Below, piece by piece: positions 47,177 to 57,146 of a stretch of DNA of 64,000 nt. The notes below the pieces were generated by a model that was not told the DNA's origin, did not search any database, and saw only the letters and a list, made by a program, of their open reading frames with translations. Both the position numbers and the translations under genes were made by a program. Numbering within the stretch: the stretch's first letter is position 1; each line of letters begins with the position of its first letter. The DNA is taken from assembly GCA_963712275.1 (NCBI GenBank), contig CAVQHD010000001.1, positions 1,184,001-1,248,000 on the forward strand, written 5' to 3'. The DNA is from an uncultured Rhabdochlamydiaceae bacterium (lineage in GTDB: Bacteria > Chlamydiota > Chlamydiia > Chlamydiales > Rhabdochlamydiaceae).

Positions 47177-48139
47177 ATGACGTCATGCACAGAAACAATC
47201 TGCCCTCGTGTCGACATCGCCTTTAAAAAGATCTTTGGCGTTGAAGAGAACAAAGACCTCTTAATCTCGCTTATTAACTCGATTGTAGGACCTAACGATC
47301 AAGTCACCGATGTGACCCTTTTAAACCCTTATAACCCTAAAAATTTTAGAGACGATAAACTTTCCATCTTAGACATCAAAGCCGAAGGCAAAGATGGGAA
47401 ACGATTCAATATCGAAATTCAAATCAGTGATGAAGCCGATTACGATAAAAGAGCCCTCTACTACTGGGCAAAGCTGTATACGGAGCAGCTCAAAGTCACA
47501 GAAGATTACGCTCTATTATCCAAGGCTATCGGAATCCATATCCTCAATTTTACCTCGATTCCTAGAGAGGAAAAATACCACAACGTTTTCCACATCCGAG
47601 AACAAGCGAGCCACCTTCCCTATTTTGAAGATTTAGAACTGCATACCATCGAGCTAAAGAAGTTCTGCAGCAACCGTCAAGAAGAGCTCTCCGATCTGAT
47701 CGTTAAAGTGAAAACGTCACTCGATATGTGGGTCGCTTTTTTAACGCGGCATGATCTGCTCAAAAAAGATCACCTGCCAGCTCCTTTAAACAATCCGTCT
47801 TTGCAAAAAGCCCTCCATGTGCTGGGTGTGATGAACTTTGGCCCTGAAGAGAGAGAAGCGTATGAAGACCATCTTAAATGGCTGAGAATTGAAACGAATG
47901 CCCTAAGGAAATCGAGAGAAGAAGGGATCCGAGAAGGAAAAGAACTTGGAATCCAAGAGGGTAAACAACTTGGAATTCAAGTGGGAATCCAAGAAGGAGA
48001 GAGAAAAAAGAGCTTAGAAGTCGCCCAAAAGATGCTTCTACAAGGATTTTCTATGAAGCAAGTCGTTCAGATCTCTGGACTTTCCGAGTCAGATGTTAAG
48101 ACAGCTTCTAAGCAGCTTGAGAGGAAATCTTCATTCTAA
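47177..48139 (+). CDS. Rpn-family PD-(D/E)XK nuclease / putative transposase
   Basis: DIAFKKIFG, LDIKA, NIEIQ, RALYYW and EGIREGKELGIQEG repeats. Confidence 0.92.
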   Translation: MTSCTETICPRVDIAFKKIFGVEENKDLLISLINSIVGPNDQVTDVTLLNPYNPKNFRDDKLSILDIKAEGKDGKRFNIEIQISDEADYDKRALYYWAKLYTEQLKVTEDYALLSKAIGIHILNFTSIPREEKYHNVFHIREQASHLPYFEDLELHTIELKKFCSNRQEELSDLIVKVKTSLDMWVAFLTRHDLLKKDHLPAPLNNPSLQKALHVLGVMNFGPEEREAYEDHLKWLRIETNALRKSREEGIREGKELGIQEGKQLGIQVGIQEGERKKSLEVAQKMLLQGFSMKQVVQISGLSESDVKTASKQLERKSSF

Positions 48140-48172
48140 AAGATCCATCATCGATTTTTCTAAAATACCGAT

Positions 48173-49573
48173 TTAACAAATCACCTTTTTGTTATCGATA
48201 GCGCGGCGAAAGGTCTTCCCTAAAAAAATCGCGATGATGAACCAAAGGGCGAGCAGAGGAAACCCAAAAATGCCGCTAAACATTAAGTAGTGGGCGCGGC
48301 CTGCCACAGCTCCAAAGGCTTTTTGCAAAGGCGAGAGGAGCATGTTAAAGAGCGATCCTGCTTCTTTCGAAGCGCGGGAGCCAAAGGTTTCAATCCACGC
48401 TTGCGCTTTGAAACGGACATCAGGAGTGGTCGGGATGTAGAGCTGTTTCAGGGCGGGGCCATTTAAGGCGTAGTTAATCGCTTTGGATCCAACCATTAAA
48501 GCAAATAAAAAGGAAAGGCTATCCAATGTCAAAAAGCCAAAGAGCGCACACCCGACAATCACGGGCATTGCGGCGAGTGCAAAACCAACCCCCAAAAATC
48601 GGGTAATGTTGCTAATTCCAAGAAGTAGGCAGGCAAGAGAGACAATATTGACGCTGGAGGCGTATAAGCTTAGGTAGTGGCTCAGAGCAACGCCGGTAAA
48701 GAGGTGCCCTGCAGCAACTTTAAAGTTGAAATCAAAAATTGTCACCACAACTTCATAGATGAAGTTTGCAGCAAAGATGCCCAATAGATACTTGTGTTTC
48801 AACATCAGCTTGAGCCCTTCTAGAAACCCAGGTTCTTGCTGAGATTCTTCTTTCTTCTCATTTTTTCCATGGAAGGCCGTGAGTAAATGAGAAGGGGTTG
48901 CGCGTAAAAAATACCGAACGAGAGGAATAATCAAAAGTGTAAAAATCCCAAGAAAGACCATGGATAAAGTGTCTGTTGAAAGGCCTAGTCGATGGGGGAG
49001 TCCTCCAATGGTGTAAGGGAAAATGATTCCTCCGATTTGACCGAGCGCGACGACAAAAGGAAATCCCCGTTTAGCAGAGGCCGGCTCTGTTGTGTCGGCT
49101 GCAAACGCCCAAAAGAGGGCAACGACAAGCGATCCAAAACTTTCGACAAAAAGGTACCAGAGGTATCCCAGCACTTTGGTTCCCATCAAGAGCCCAAAGG
49201 ATCTAGCATCGATCACCTCTTTAGGAGCTTGAGCAAAGATCATCAAGATGGCAAAGAACAAGACGGTAATTCCATAGAATGTCGGCAAGATCATGAGCAT
49301 TTTTTCTCTCGAATTTTTCTCGAGAAGCTTAGTGTAAAACATCACAAGAGGAAGGAGAGCAATCACTGAAGCCGTTTTAGCAAAAGGGAGGTGCAGCTTA
49401 TCGACGAGTTGGATGAAAATCGCGTCTTTTAAAGGCCTTAGCGTCCAGTAGACACCGATGATCAAGGCAAAAATAAGCCCCATGCGAAGAAATTTTTTAA
49501 ATTCCTCCTTTTCAAAATGGCCAAAGTTAAATCGGCAGATCCACTGAAAAACACGGAGTAAATAGGCACCCAT
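48173..49573 (-). CDS. NTT/TLC-family nucleotide transporter-like protein
   Basis: Multi-TM; YWTLRPLKD, LFWAFA, YALNGPALKQLYIP and KAQAWIE motifs. Confidence 0.8.
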   Translation of the reverse strand: MGAYLLRVFQWICRFNFGHFEKEEFKKFLRMGLIFALIIGVYWTLRPLKDAIFIQLVDKLHLPFAKTASVIALLPLVMFYTKLLEKNSREKMLMILPTFYGITVLFFAILMIFAQAPKEVIDARSFGLLMGTKVLGYLWYLFVESFGSLVVALFWAFAADTTEPASAKRGFPFVVALGQIGGIIFPYTIGGLPHRLGLSTDTLSMVFLGIFTLLIIPLVRYFLRATPSHLLTAFHGKNEKKEESQQEPGFLEGLKLMLKHKYLLGIFAANFIYEVVVTIFDFNFKVAAGHLFTGVALSHYLSLYASSVNIVSLACLLLGISNITRFLGVGFALAAMPVIVGCALFGFLTLDSLSFLFALMVGSKAINYALNGPALKQLYIPTTPDVRFKAQAWIETFGSRASKEAGSLFNMLLSPLQKAFGAVAGRAHYLMFSGIFGFPLLALWFIIAIFLGKTFRRAIDNKKVIC

Positions 49574-49754
49574 AAAACCTCTCTATATTTTTAATAACTC
49601 AATTATAGCTCCATTGCAATCTATTTGCAGTGTCAATCGACGAGTTTTCACAAAAAAAAAGTAGTTAATGCAGAAATATGGAGATTTTGATAAGCTCCTT
49701 CCTTTTAGGATTCAATTGTTAAGATGAAAATACAAAACATATAGGAGATTTATC

Positions 49755-50192
49755 ATGACAGCAATAGCAGTGGATTATGCAAAAAGTTTCTTGAATGTAG
49801 GTTTAAGGGGAGTGGCAACCGTATCATTCGGACTTGCAGCGACCTATACTTTCGAAGGCGTCTGTAGATTAGTGGAGAAAAGCTACGCTACAGCGAAAGC
49901 TGGGTTAAGGCCCAAAGAAGAAAAAAAGTCCGGATTAATGGATCAATTACTTCGATACAACTTTCGTCCTATAGGGAAAAAGAGAACCGATCTTTATCTT
50001 GTGGCTTCTATTGTTGTCACCGGCTTGGTAGGATACGCAGCGAGTGAGTTAGCCCATTTAGCGGGTCAGCCTGACGCCTTTAATGCAGCTTTAAAATGGG
50101 TTAGCCCATTCCAAATGGGTCCTGGCCGTTTTCCTTTGACTCAATCTGTTCTTGATTTCACGAGCCGTACGATCAGCTGGATTAGAAGCTAA
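49755..50192 (+). CDS. Hypothetical membrane protein
   Basis: 145 aa, AGGAG RBS, two hydrophobic segments. Confidence 0.7.
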   Translation: MTAIAVDYAKSFLNVGLRGVATVSFGLAATYTFEGVCRLVEKSYATAKAGLRPKEEKKSGLMDQLLRYNFRPIGKKRTDLYLVASIVVTGLVGYAASELAHLAGQPDAFNAALKWVSPFQMGPGRFPLTQSVLDFTSRTISWIRS

Positions 50193-50230
50193 GCTTGATG
50201 TCTTGAGCTTTCTCCTCGAGGAAGCTCTCT

Positions 50231-50959
50231 CTACGATTTCCCAAGGACGCCTGCCGCGGCTTCATCTGCAATCCAGAGGGCTGGATGGTCAGGCGTTCCG
50301 ACTTTTTGACATGGAAGATGAGGGTCTGAGCTAAAGACATGGGCAAGCATGTCGGCTTTCGGTGCCCCAAAGACATAAAAGACAGTGGCCCAAGCGTCAT
50401 TGAGCGCTTCAAAGGTGAGCGTCATCCTCCAGCTTTTTTTGGAGGGGATGTAGTTTGCAATCACAAGACGATCTGTCGTATGAAGCCCTTCAGTCGAGGG
50501 AAAGAGCGAGGCGGTATGCCCATCTTCTCCCATTCCTAGCATAACAAGGTCAAAGGCTTGTTCATCTAGAACGGTCCGAATTTCGTGCTCATATTTTTGA
50601 GCATTCAATTGAATTTCTTCTTCTGCAACCATTCGGTGAATATGATGGGGTGGAATGGGCATCTTTTCAAATCCTGCTTTCATCGCCATGAAGTAGTTAC
50701 TGTCGGGATGGGTAGGAAGAGCTGCCCGCTCATCACTCCAAAAAAGGTGGACTTTATCCCAGGCAATTTCGGTTGAACAAGGGGGTTGGCAGAGAATCTC
50801 ATAAATCTCTCGAGGGGTGGATCCGCCGGCAAGGGCAACGGCAAAGAATCCATGGTCTGCAATGGCATCTCGGCAAAGAGTGACAAAATGGTCTGCGCAG
50901 TAGTGCAAGGTCGTGTTGTGGTCTCCAGGGACGATCAGTGTAGCGTTAAGGGGGTTCAT
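50231..50959 (-). CDS. pgl: 6-phosphogluconolactonase
   Basis: ALAGGSTP, FWSDER and LGMGEDGHTASLFP motifs. Confidence 0.95.
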   Translation of the reverse strand: MNPLNATLIVPGDHNTTLHYCADHFVTLCRDAIADHGFFAVALAGGSTPREIYEILCQPPCSTEIAWDKVHLFWSDERAALPTHPDSNYFMAMKAGFEKMPIPPHHIHRMVAEEEIQLNAQKYEHEIRTVLDEQAFDLVMLGMGEDGHTASLFPSTEGLHTTDRLVIANYIPSKKSWRMTLTFEALNDAWATVFYVFGAPKADMLAHVFSSDPHLPCQKVGTPDHPALWIADEAAAGVLGKS

Positions 50960-52017
50960 AAATGCTCCTGGACTCCTGGTCCATGCATGCTGAAAAACTG
51001 CAAAACTTGAGAGAAATGGGAGCTAGGTGCCGAGTGGTAGATTTCGTTTACAAGAGAGAGGCCTGTTTGAGATTTTGAGAAAACGTAGCGCGAGGGGATA
51101 TCACATTTTTCTTCGTCGCAAAAAAGGGTTCGGATTTGATAAGGGTGATCAGGGTCGCTGTGGAAAGAAAAATGGGTTTGATCTTTGGATGAGATCTCCA
51201 TGGAGAGAACGGTCCCAGGAGGAAGATGCGGGTCTTTTTTAGGGTGAAGAGAAACCTCGCAAGTTTCATAGGTCCAAACAGAGCCCTTTACATGAGAGAG
51301 TTTCCATCCAAGGCGGGCGGCAAGCCATGCTTGAAGATAGAGAGCCTGAATTTGAGTGTGGCAGAAAAAGGGCGTTTGAAAATCGTTGTAGTCGATTTGG
51401 AGGATTTGCGCCTGCTGAAGGGAAGATAGACGAGCGGAAGAATAAAAGGTGGCGGCAAGAAGCTCGCGCCAATTTTCTGTTCGAGCCCAGTTGAGATCAG
51501 CGACTTCTCGTCCTGCTTTTTTCGACTGAGCGAGGACGGTTTGTGCAAAAAGAGGCAGGTTATCGGTGACCTCTGAGTCGTAGATAAAACGGGTCGCCCA
51601 TTTTTGAAGCTCAGAGAGCAAAGGAGCGCTTGCCAAAGGATCTTGAGCCCAGAGGAGATAGATAGGAAGATCGGGGAGAAAATGGGGCAGGATGAGAAAA
51701 GGGATTTTAGAGGTCTGAGAAGGGGGGGACTCAATCTCAATCATATCGCAAGCGATATTGCCCACACCGCTGTTTCCTGTTGTGGCCGAGACTTGGACTT
51801 TAAGCTCTTCTAGGTCATCACAGAGGAGGATAAAGATGACTCGACAAGGGAACCTTTCAGTGACTTTACGGGTGATGGTTCGAAGATAGGCGCACCGATC
51901 GTTTTTTTGAGCGACAACAATTAAATTGAACAGCGAGGCGCGCATGATGCCGCTTCCCTCTAAAGGGTTCCAAAGTTTACGGAGTTCTTCGGAGAGATTT
52001 TTCAAATGAGTCTCCAA
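50956..52017 (-). CDS. opcA: G6PDH assembly protein OpcA
   Basis: FPCRVI, PDLPIYLLW and DLNWARTENWR; lies between zwf and pgl. Confidence 0.85.
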   Translation of the reverse strand: METHLKNLSEELRKLWNPLEGSGIMRASLFNLIVVAQKNDRCAYLRTITRKVTERFPCRVIFILLCDDLEELKVQVSATTGNSGVGNIACDMIEIESPPSQTSKIPFLILPHFLPDLPIYLLWAQDPLASAPLLSELQKWATRFIYDSEVTDNLPLFAQTVLAQSKKAGREVADLNWARTENWRELLAATFYSSARLSSLQQAQILQIDYNDFQTPFFCHTQIQALYLQAWLAARLGWKLSHVKGSVWTYETCEVSLHPKKDPHLPPGTVLSMEISSKDQTHFSFHSDPDHPYQIRTLFCDEEKCDIPSRYVFSKSQTGLSLVNEIYHSAPSSHFSQVLQFFSMHGPGVQEHL

Positions 52018-53501
52018 TGCCTTCCATCGGCTTTCACGAGAAGATCGGCTGCATCAGGGCCCCAGCTTCCAGCGGCATAAGTTGGGATCGTGCGGTGCTT
52101 CTTCAAGATTGGGGTGAGAAGTTTCCACGACAGAAGGACTTCATCTTGCCGAGCAAATAGGGTGGAATCTCCTAAAATCGCATCATAGATGAGCCGTTCA
52201 TACGCTTCGGGAGGAGTCGTGCCAAAGTAGGAGCCGTATTTAAAATCCATCTTCACGGGTTGCACGGCGCTGAAGGGGCCTGGAACTTTACAGTTGATTT
52301 TAAGAGAGCTTCCTTCATCGGGTTGAATCCGAATCACGAGAACATTGGGGTCATTTTTACGGTGGATATTTTGGAAAAGAACTCCAGGAGGATCTTTAAA
52401 AGTCACGGCGATTTCAGTGATTCTTTTGGGAAGTCTTTTCCCTGCACGAAGATAAAAAGGGGTGCCTGCCCATCTCCAATTATCAATATGAAGCCGAAGT
52501 GCGGCATAGGTTTCAACAGTCGACTCTGGAGAGACATCCTTTTCTTTGCGATATCCAATCACCTCGTTTCCATCGATCAGGCCGGGGCCGTATTGCCCTA
52601 GAACGGCATCTCCGTTTTCCAAAGGGCGGATCGCTTGGAGCACTTTCACTTTTTCGTCTCGAATGGCATTGGCATCGAGGCTAAATGGAGGTTCCATGGC
52701 GACAAGGGAGACGAGCTGCATCACGTGATTTTGAACGATATCGCGCACAAGTCCTGCTTCTTCGAAAAAACGGCCGCGGCTTCCAATGCCAAGATCTTCT
52801 GCGACGGTGATTTGAATATGATCGATATACCGATTATTCCACAGAGACTCGAAAATAGAATTTGCAAATCGGAAAACGAGAAGATTTTGTACGGTCTCTT
52901 TTCCGAGGTAGTGGTCAATGCGGTAGATTTGATTTTCGGAGAGGCTACTTAGGAGCTCTTGTTGCAATTGCTGTGCGGAAGAAAGGTCGTGGCCAAACGG
53001 TTTTTCGATGATGATGCGCGACCAAGGAGATTCATTGTTTTTTTCTGGATAAATCAAGCTCTGTGCTTTGAGTTTTGCACAGATCAGAGGGAAATAACTG
53101 GGAGGAGTGGCTAGATAGAAAATCCGATTCCCTTTCGTTCCGAGCTGGTGATCGAGATCTTGGAGCTGTTTCTCTAGCCGAACATACCCTTCATCTTCAT
53201 GAAACTCCGACATATGGTAGAAGAGATGGTCTTGAAAATGGGACCAAAGAGAGTCGTCAATGGGCTGTACCCGAGAAAATTTTTGCGTCGCCTCTTTCAT
53301 CTCACTCCGAAATTCCAAGTCAGTTTTGGGGCGGCGGGCAAAACCTACGCAGGCAAATTGAGAGGGAAGCTGTCCATCGCGTAGAAGATTGTAAAGAGCT
53401 GGAATCAACTTTCTAGCGGTGAGATCGCCCGTCGCCCCGAAGATCACGATGATGCAAGGCTCTGTGAATCGTCGCTGGTTACCTTCGTAGAGGGGAGTCA
53501 T
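52002..53501 (-). CDS. zwf: Glucose-6-phosphate 1-dehydrogenase
   Basis: GATGDL, EKPFG and RIDHYLGKE motifs. Confidence 0.97.
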   Translation of the reverse strand: MTPLYEGNQRRFTEPCIIVIFGATGDLTARKLIPALYNLLRDGQLPSQFACVGFARRPKTDLEFRSEMKEATQKFSRVQPIDDSLWSHFQDHLFYHMSEFHEDEGYVRLEKQLQDLDHQLGTKGNRIFYLATPPSYFPLICAKLKAQSLIYPEKNNESPWSRIIIEKPFGHDLSSAQQLQQELLSSLSENQIYRIDHYLGKETVQNLLVFRFANSIFESLWNNRYIDHIQITVAEDLGIGSRGRFFEEAGLVRDIVQNHVMQLVSLVAMEPPFSLDANAIRDEKVKVLQAIRPLENGDAVLGQYGPGLIDGNEVIGYRKEKDVSPESTVETYAALRLHIDNWRWAGTPFYLRAGKRLPKRITEIAVTFKDPPGVLFQNIHRKNDPNVLVIRIQPDEGSSLKINCKVPGPFSAVQPVKMDFKYGSYFGTTPPEAYERLIYDAILGDSTLFARQDEVLLSWKLLTPILKKHRTIPTYAAGSWGPDAADLLVKADGRHWRLI

Positions 53502-53920
53502 GATAATAGAGTCTCCCTTCGGTCCAGATACGACTGCAGCATCACTGTCGCTGCGAGCGTATCGCTGAGCTGCGCCCTTTCTTTGCGACGGACACCAGTC
53601 TCTAGAAGCGATTTTTCCACAAGGGCAGATGTCAGCCGTTCATCCCATAGTTCAATCGGAAGGTTGAGCTTTTCTTCGAGGGCTTTGGCAAATCGGCGGA
53701 CCTCTTCTGTCATAGGGCTATCTTGCCCGCTGAGCTTTAAGGGGAGGCCGACCACAATTTGATCGATTACTCCGAGAGGTTTTAAGATCTCTTCAAGCTG
53801 CTTGAGAAAATCACTTTTATTTTGAATCGTGGCAAGAGGTGTGGCAACGATCTGCCTTTCATCAGAGGTAGCGACTCCAATCCGTACTGTGCCGTAATCG
53901 AGACCAATTATTCTACCCAT
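53498..53920 (-). CDS. yqgF: YqgF/RuvX pre-16S rRNA nuclease
   Basis: MGRIIGLDYGTVRIGVATSD, VVGLP and WDERLTS motifs. Confidence 0.93.
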   Translation of the reverse strand: MGRIIGLDYGTVRIGVATSDERQIVATPLATIQNKSDFLKQLEEILKPLGVIDQIVVGLPLKLSGQDSPMTEEVRRFAKALEEKLNLPIELWDERLTSALVEKSLLETGVRRKERAQLSDTLAATVMLQSYLDRRETLLS

Positions 53921-55532
53921 GAGATCTATGATAGTTAAGGGCGGCCTCAATAAAGTCTCTGAATAAAGGATGGGGAAGGCCAGGTTTTGACTTAAACTCC
54001 GGGTGAAATTGGACGCCGACCATCCAGGGATGATCCTGCACTTCGACGATCTCACAGAGCCCCTGCTCTGGAAAGACCCCTGAGACGATGAGTCCTTTGT
54101 CTTGAAGGGCTTGTTTGAAGGTGTCATTCACTTCAAATCGGTGACGGTGCCTTTCGGAAATTTCAGTTGTCGCATAAGCTTGAGCTGCCTTCGTTCCAGG
54201 TTTAAGCGTGCAAGGGTAAGCGCCAAGCCGCATCGATCCACCGAGATTTTTAACCTCTTTTTGCTCGCTTAGAAGACAAATGACCGGATGAGGAGTCTGA
54301 GGATCAATTTCTGTCGAATTTGCATCGGGAAGGTGGAGCACATGGCGGGCGAATTCAACACACATCACCTGCATCCCTAAGCAAAGGCCGAGGTAAGGGA
54401 TTTGATGCTCGCGGCAATATTGGGAAGTTAAAATTTTTCCTATCCAACCACGTTCGCCGAACCCTCCAGGAACAAGGTATCCATCGCATCCGCCAATGGT
54501 TTCTGCAACCTTGCCATCTTGCACAATTTTATCCGAATCGAAGGTGCGGATCTCAAGCGTCACTTGGTGCTGCGTTGCCCCATGTTTAAGGGCTTCAAAG
54601 ACCGATTTGTAGGCATCTTGGTGCTGCAAGTATTTTCCGACGATCCCAATGACAATTTTTTGTTTTGGGTTTTTGAGCTTATGGATCATCGCTTGCCATG
54701 CTTGTAGGTCGGCAGAGCGAGAAGGGAGTCTTAGAAATTCAAGGATCTTCGAGTCGACCTGCTCTTGATGAAGGCTTAGAGGGACTTCATAGATCGAAAA
54801 CTCGACATCGATCTCATCCATGACAAGGTCTCGCCTGACGCTACAAAATAGGCTGATTTTATCTTTGATCTCATCGGAGAGATGGTTTTCACATCGGCAC
54901 AGCAGCATGTCAGGAATGATCCCAATCTCTCTTAAAATTTGGACAGAATGTTGGGTCGGCTTGGTTTTAACCTCTCCTGCGGCCTTGAGGAAGGGGACAT
55001 AGGTGAGATGAATGTTCATGCAATCGGAGGGTCTCTCGTGACGAAATTGCCGAATCGCATCTAGGAAGGGAAGCGATTCAATATCTCCGACGGTCCCCCC
55101 AATTTCAACGATTGTGACATCAGTGTTTTCTTGCTGATGAGCAGCATCCAAAATCCGTTTTTTAATCTCATCGGTGATATGTGGAATCACCTGGACGGTT
55201 TTTCCAAGATAATCGCCTCGTCTTTCCCGCTTGATCACAGCGTCAAAGATTTGCCCTGAAGTGGCATTAGAAGCCTTCGAGATCGTTGCATTTGTGAACC
55301 GGTGATAATGGCCGAGGTCCAGGTCAGTCTCGGCACCATCGTCGGTGACATAGACCTCTCCATGCTGAAAAGGGTTCATGGTGCCAGGATCGACGTTGAG
55401 ATAGGGGTCGAGTTTCAGCATGGCGACCTTCAGGCGGCGGGCTTCAAGCAGCATGGCAATCGAGGCAGCAGTGAGCCCCTTCCCCAGAGAAGAAACCACC
55501 CCGCCCGTGATAAAAATAAATTTTAGCGGCAT
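53913..55532 (-). CDS. pyrG: CTP synthase
   Basis: KFIFITGGVVSSLGKG, KTKPTQHSV, GLCLGMQ and QFHPEF motifs. Confidence 0.97.
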   Translation of the reverse strand: MPLKFIFITGGVVSSLGKGLTAASIAMLLEARRLKVAMLKLDPYLNVDPGTMNPFQHGEVYVTDDGAETDLDLGHYHRFTNATISKASNATSGQIFDAVIKRERRGDYLGKTVQVIPHITDEIKKRILDAAHQQENTDVTIVEIGGTVGDIESLPFLDAIRQFRHERPSDCMNIHLTYVPFLKAAGEVKTKPTQHSVQILREIGIIPDMLLCRCENHLSDEIKDKISLFCSVRRDLVMDEIDVEFSIYEVPLSLHQEQVDSKILEFLRLPSRSADLQAWQAMIHKLKNPKQKIVIGIVGKYLQHQDAYKSVFEALKHGATQHQVTLEIRTFDSDKIVQDGKVAETIGGCDGYLVPGGFGERGWIGKILTSQYCREHQIPYLGLCLGMQVMCVEFARHVLHLPDANSTEIDPQTPHPVICLLSEQKEVKNLGGSMRLGAYPCTLKPGTKAAQAYATTEISERHRHRFEVNDTFKQALQDKGLIVSGVFPEQGLCEIVEVQDHPWMVGVQFHPEFKSKPGLPHPLFRDFIEAALNYHRSHG

Positions 55533-55878
55533 GACACAATTGTAGTGCCAAAGCGTAAAAGTTTCAATCAATGTCTTTTCGTCTTTTCAAGTGGAAAGAG
55601 TTAACAGGATTTGAATAGAAGAGTTTGCCTTAATCCATTCGACTAATCTGCCACTGAGCCTAGCTGAACAAGACTCATTTCTCATTTTTTCTATTTGAGG
55701 ATCAGCGTGATACCATTTGGAGACAATCAAAGGATTATAATTGCTAGTTAATGTTGTCATTATTATTACATATCTATTATTAACTTAATATAAATTATAA
55801 TAATTTAAAACATTTTAGTATATAGTTTCTTTTTATGAAAAGACGATCGTTGCTCTGCTGGATCGCGCAGATTCCCTT

Positions 55879-56238
55879 CTACAGAAGATCACGGCTCCCT
55901 GATTTTTTGCGTCCAATCTCATAGACAGGGTAGATATCAATGACCGTTTCTTCATAGGGATGGGCTTTTTTGATTTCTTCCAGTACATGCTCCAGGATGG
56001 CGCGGTTGCAGACTGTTTCAATGCGCTCTTCTACAACTTCTTCTAGAACATCTTCTTTTCCAAGATAAGGATTAGAACCTTTATTAGGCATAAATCGGCC
56101 GATTCCTTTCACCGAATAGCTGCAATAGGAGTAATTTCCAACTTTACCAGCCCCTGCTCTTCCCATGGCTTCTCTTACTGCATTGGCATGTGTTTCTGGG
56201 ACAGTGACGACAATTGTCACATACTCTGATGGTTTCAT
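55879..56238 (-). CDS. YqfO/Nif3-related small protein
   Basis: AGAGKVGNYSYCS and AHPYEETVIDIY motifs. Confidence 0.8.
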   Translation of the reverse strand: MKPSEYVTIVVTVPETHANAVREAMGRAGAGKVGNYSYCSYSVKGIGRFMPNKGSNPYLGKEDVLEEVVEERIETVCNRAILEHVLEEIKKAHPYEETVIDIYPVYEIGRKKSGSRDLL

Positions 56239-56393
56239 TTTGCAATGGTAGCACAGGAACCCGGTCCTTTAGGACTGGGAAGAAGTGCAGCTCCTCTTTT
56301 TTAAAGTTGAAAATAAAATACACTTTAAAGATCATTTTTGTCCATGAAGCGAACGATCGTTTCTGAGTTTCTGAACTTAAAAGGAGATTTCGA

Positions 56394-56777
56394 ATGCATT
56401 ACGATGTAGCCAATGAATGTACCATTCTTTCTGACGAAGAAAAAATCACTTTTCCTGAGGTTATTCATCGCTTGATGAAAGCAGGTATTGAGCTGTACTA
56501 TGCTGATCTTTTACATTCAAGTAAGACATATTATGCTGGAAATACAGCACACGCAGTTGCTTGTTTAAAAAAGCATGGAAAAGTTGCTGATTCCTTTAAT
56601 TCAGAAGGTGTTGTTAGAGCCATTAAACAGATTCAATCTGGAGAAATTAAATATCAGGAATTCATTAGAAAAATTATGGATTCTGGTGTTGTCTGCTACA
56701 TGGTTTTCGTTAAGGGTCGTAAAGCGATCTACTTTGGAAGAAATGGGGAGCAACATATCGAAGAATTCCCCAAATAA
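56394..56777 (+). CDS. DUF1398-like protein
   Basis: ITFPEVI..L..AG, QIQSGEIKYQEF, GVVCY and YFGRNG. Confidence 0.7.
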   Translation: MHYDVANECTILSDEEKITFPEVIHRLMKAGIELYYADLLHSSKTYYAGNTAHAVACLKKHGKVADSFNSEGVVRAIKQIQSGEIKYQEFIRKIMDSGVVCYMVFVKGRKAIYFGRNGEQHIEEFPK

Positions 56778-56918
56778 TTTTTTTTATCATCTTAATTATA
56801 AGTTAGATAAAAGATATTCTCCGGGCTGTCTTTAGTTTTTCTTAACTGTTCACTGGTTTTAATGGAGAAAATCTTTTAGAATAAAGGTTCTGCCTCTAAA
56901 CTTAATGGAGAAAAACTC

Positions 56919-57146
56919 ATGGCTTTAAGTGAAAAGGCTCTTGACTACTTGGAAGAGCACATTCCAGAGCTTGCTGAAGTGGCATTTAAACAAGCGTACT
57001 GGGCGGCTCTGGCGTCCGGCAGTAGTGTCTTAATGAGCGAGAATGACAATCTTGTTGAAGTATTTCCAGATGGAAAACGGAAAATTATTAAGCGCCTTCC
57101 TCCATCCACACCTGTGACTCCAGGGCAAAAACTGGAACTTCAATGA
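56919..57146 (+). CDS. Small protein coupled to the zeta-toxin-like gene (putative antitoxin)
   Basis: 75 aa; ATGA overlap with the downstream gene. Confidence 0.65.
   Translation: MALSEKALDYLEEHIPELAEVAFKQAYWAALASGSSVLMSENDNLVEVFPDGKRKIIKRLPPSTPVTPGQKLELQ

Noticed and set aside
53921..54127. N-terminal extension of yqgF in the ORF track
   Set aside because: Overlaps pyrG; homology starts at MGRIIGLD (53920)
55590..55835. 57-codon minus-strand ORF (MTTLTSNYNP...) and very AT-rich tract upstream of pyrG
   Set aside because: No recognisable motif; cannot be distinguished from a gene remnant or ordinary promoter DNA
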